The notes beneath the pieces were generated by a model. That model made no database searches. It had not been told where the DNA came from and saw only the letters and a program-made list of their open reading frames with translations. A stretch of 64,000 nucleotides of DNA from NCBI RefSeq assembly GCF_000143415.4, contig NW_003314262.1, forward strand, positions 5,163,876 to 5,227,875, in the 5' to 3' direction. Positions 62,916-64,000 of this stretch are shown here, in pieces; the stretch's first letter is position 1, and each line of letters opens with the position of its first letter. The DNA comes from Selaginella moellendorffii (taxonomy: Eukaryota; Plantae; Lycopodiophyta). The position numbers and the translations under genes were made by a program.

Positions 62916-63638
62916 TTTGTATTAGCTTCTGGTGTAGAGCCAAACAAAACTTTTGCTATATTCTTTATAAAATTTACAATTTCATAACAACACCCCCCGC
63001 CCCCCCAATTGCGCCGCATGACTACAAAACTGTAGAATTTCTTGTACCAATTGTAGAGTTTAATAGATAAATTTGATTGTAATTAAAGTTTTGTTGATGC
63101 CTGGTGGTATGAGCATAGAAGCTCCGCAACTCCCCATAGCAATTGATCTTGTTTACCCTGGGAGGTCTCTAGCGCAAGAGTTGGGTCATGAAGGGCATTA
63201 TTCTGAGTTCACGTCACAAACACTCTCCCGTTTTTCTTACAACGGTTTCTCATACACCAGTCTACATTTCTATACATCTAATAGAAAGCCCCATAAATGC
63301 AACTGGTGCAAGTCACAACATTGGAAGATTGGTAATCCAGCTCAAGGACTGGACAATATCTAATCCTTGATAGATCTATATTCCATATTAAATGTTATTT
63401 TTATTGTCATGCCTCAACATTGATCACGAAAAGGAAACGAGCTAGATGCCAAGAGTGAGTTCCAGCTCACAATATTTCTTACGGGCATGAAAGCAGATGT
63501 GCCTAGACGATATTTTCGTCATCGAAGTATATGCCCTTCTGTTACACTCGTAGCTCCTATCAGTTCCACAGAGAATCTCTTTTCCTCCATGATATGTTAT
63601 TCGACACTTATTTAGAGAAGCAAAAGAGCTTTTTGTTT

Positions 63639-64000
63639 CTACTTGGGGCTGGCAGCGATTGCATCGTACATGGCTTGGATTTCCTTCTGGAAATGCTTTT
63701 TAGCTTGCGGCCGCTTCACCTGTTTGGTTCCATTGATTGAAATGAGAGAAGTGAGAGATTATTTTATGTTTTGTTTCTACGTACCTTGAAAGTGGGAGTG
63801 AGCAACCCATTCTCCAGAGTGAATGGCTCCGCTACCAAATGAACAGCCTTTGCAAATTCGAATCCTCTCAACTGCAAAGCAACCCGGCCAGATTGTCATC
63901 CCATCAGAACATTTGGAAACTCGGACATACCTGGGAGTCGCGAGCAACGGCGTCCATGTCTGCTAGCACCGCGGCCTTCACGACAGGATCTTCGCAGAGT
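63639..64000 (-). CDS. Long-chain acyl-CoA synthetase (LACS6/7-like), 3' exons only; gene runs off the window
   Basis: [23 protein letters not shown]|[29 protein letters not shown]|[18 protein letters not shown]. Confidence 0.9.

Noticed and set aside
63073-63363. Gag-like remnant ORF (PIAIDL, CxxC)
   Set aside because: Similarity too weak to support a call.

Overview
Eukaryotic plant nuclear DNA. Very short (about 45-70 nt) GT-AG introns, gene gaps of tens of bp, and GC-rich genes alternating with AT-rich decayed repeats point to the lycophyte Selaginella (inference). Region 1.7-17.4 kb is a three-layer transposon nest. A dead hAT transposase is split by a 13.3-kb chromodomain Ty3/gypsy element (- strand, 1.15-kb LTRs, TSD CATTC), which in turn carries a very young 5.6-kb Tf1/sushi/Tcn1-like chromovirus (+ strand, 387-bp LTRs, TSD AGGAA). 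The most unusual signals are in this nest. (i) The outer element's integrase is interrupted by two short canonical GT-AG introns whose removal exactly restores the reading frame, with further candidate introns. (ii) Its pol contains a captured copy of its own LTR end carrying telomeric repeats. (iii) The inner element has a tRNA-independent self-priming PBS and a G-GGA-AAC/pseudoknot frameshift. The rest of the window holds BRCT, dirigent-like, NAD kinase, AAA-ATPase (plus an inverted pseudogene), nuclear mitochondrial-type rps1, SET, ARF1, NCL, two RRM, a coiled-coil membrane protein, CYP71-clan P450 and LACS genes. It also holds two AT-rich bulb-lectin genes sharing an unrecognised N-terminal domain, NB-LRR and peroxidase remnants, old gypsy relics and two TRIMs. 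All coordinates and family calls were made by eye, with no database searches.
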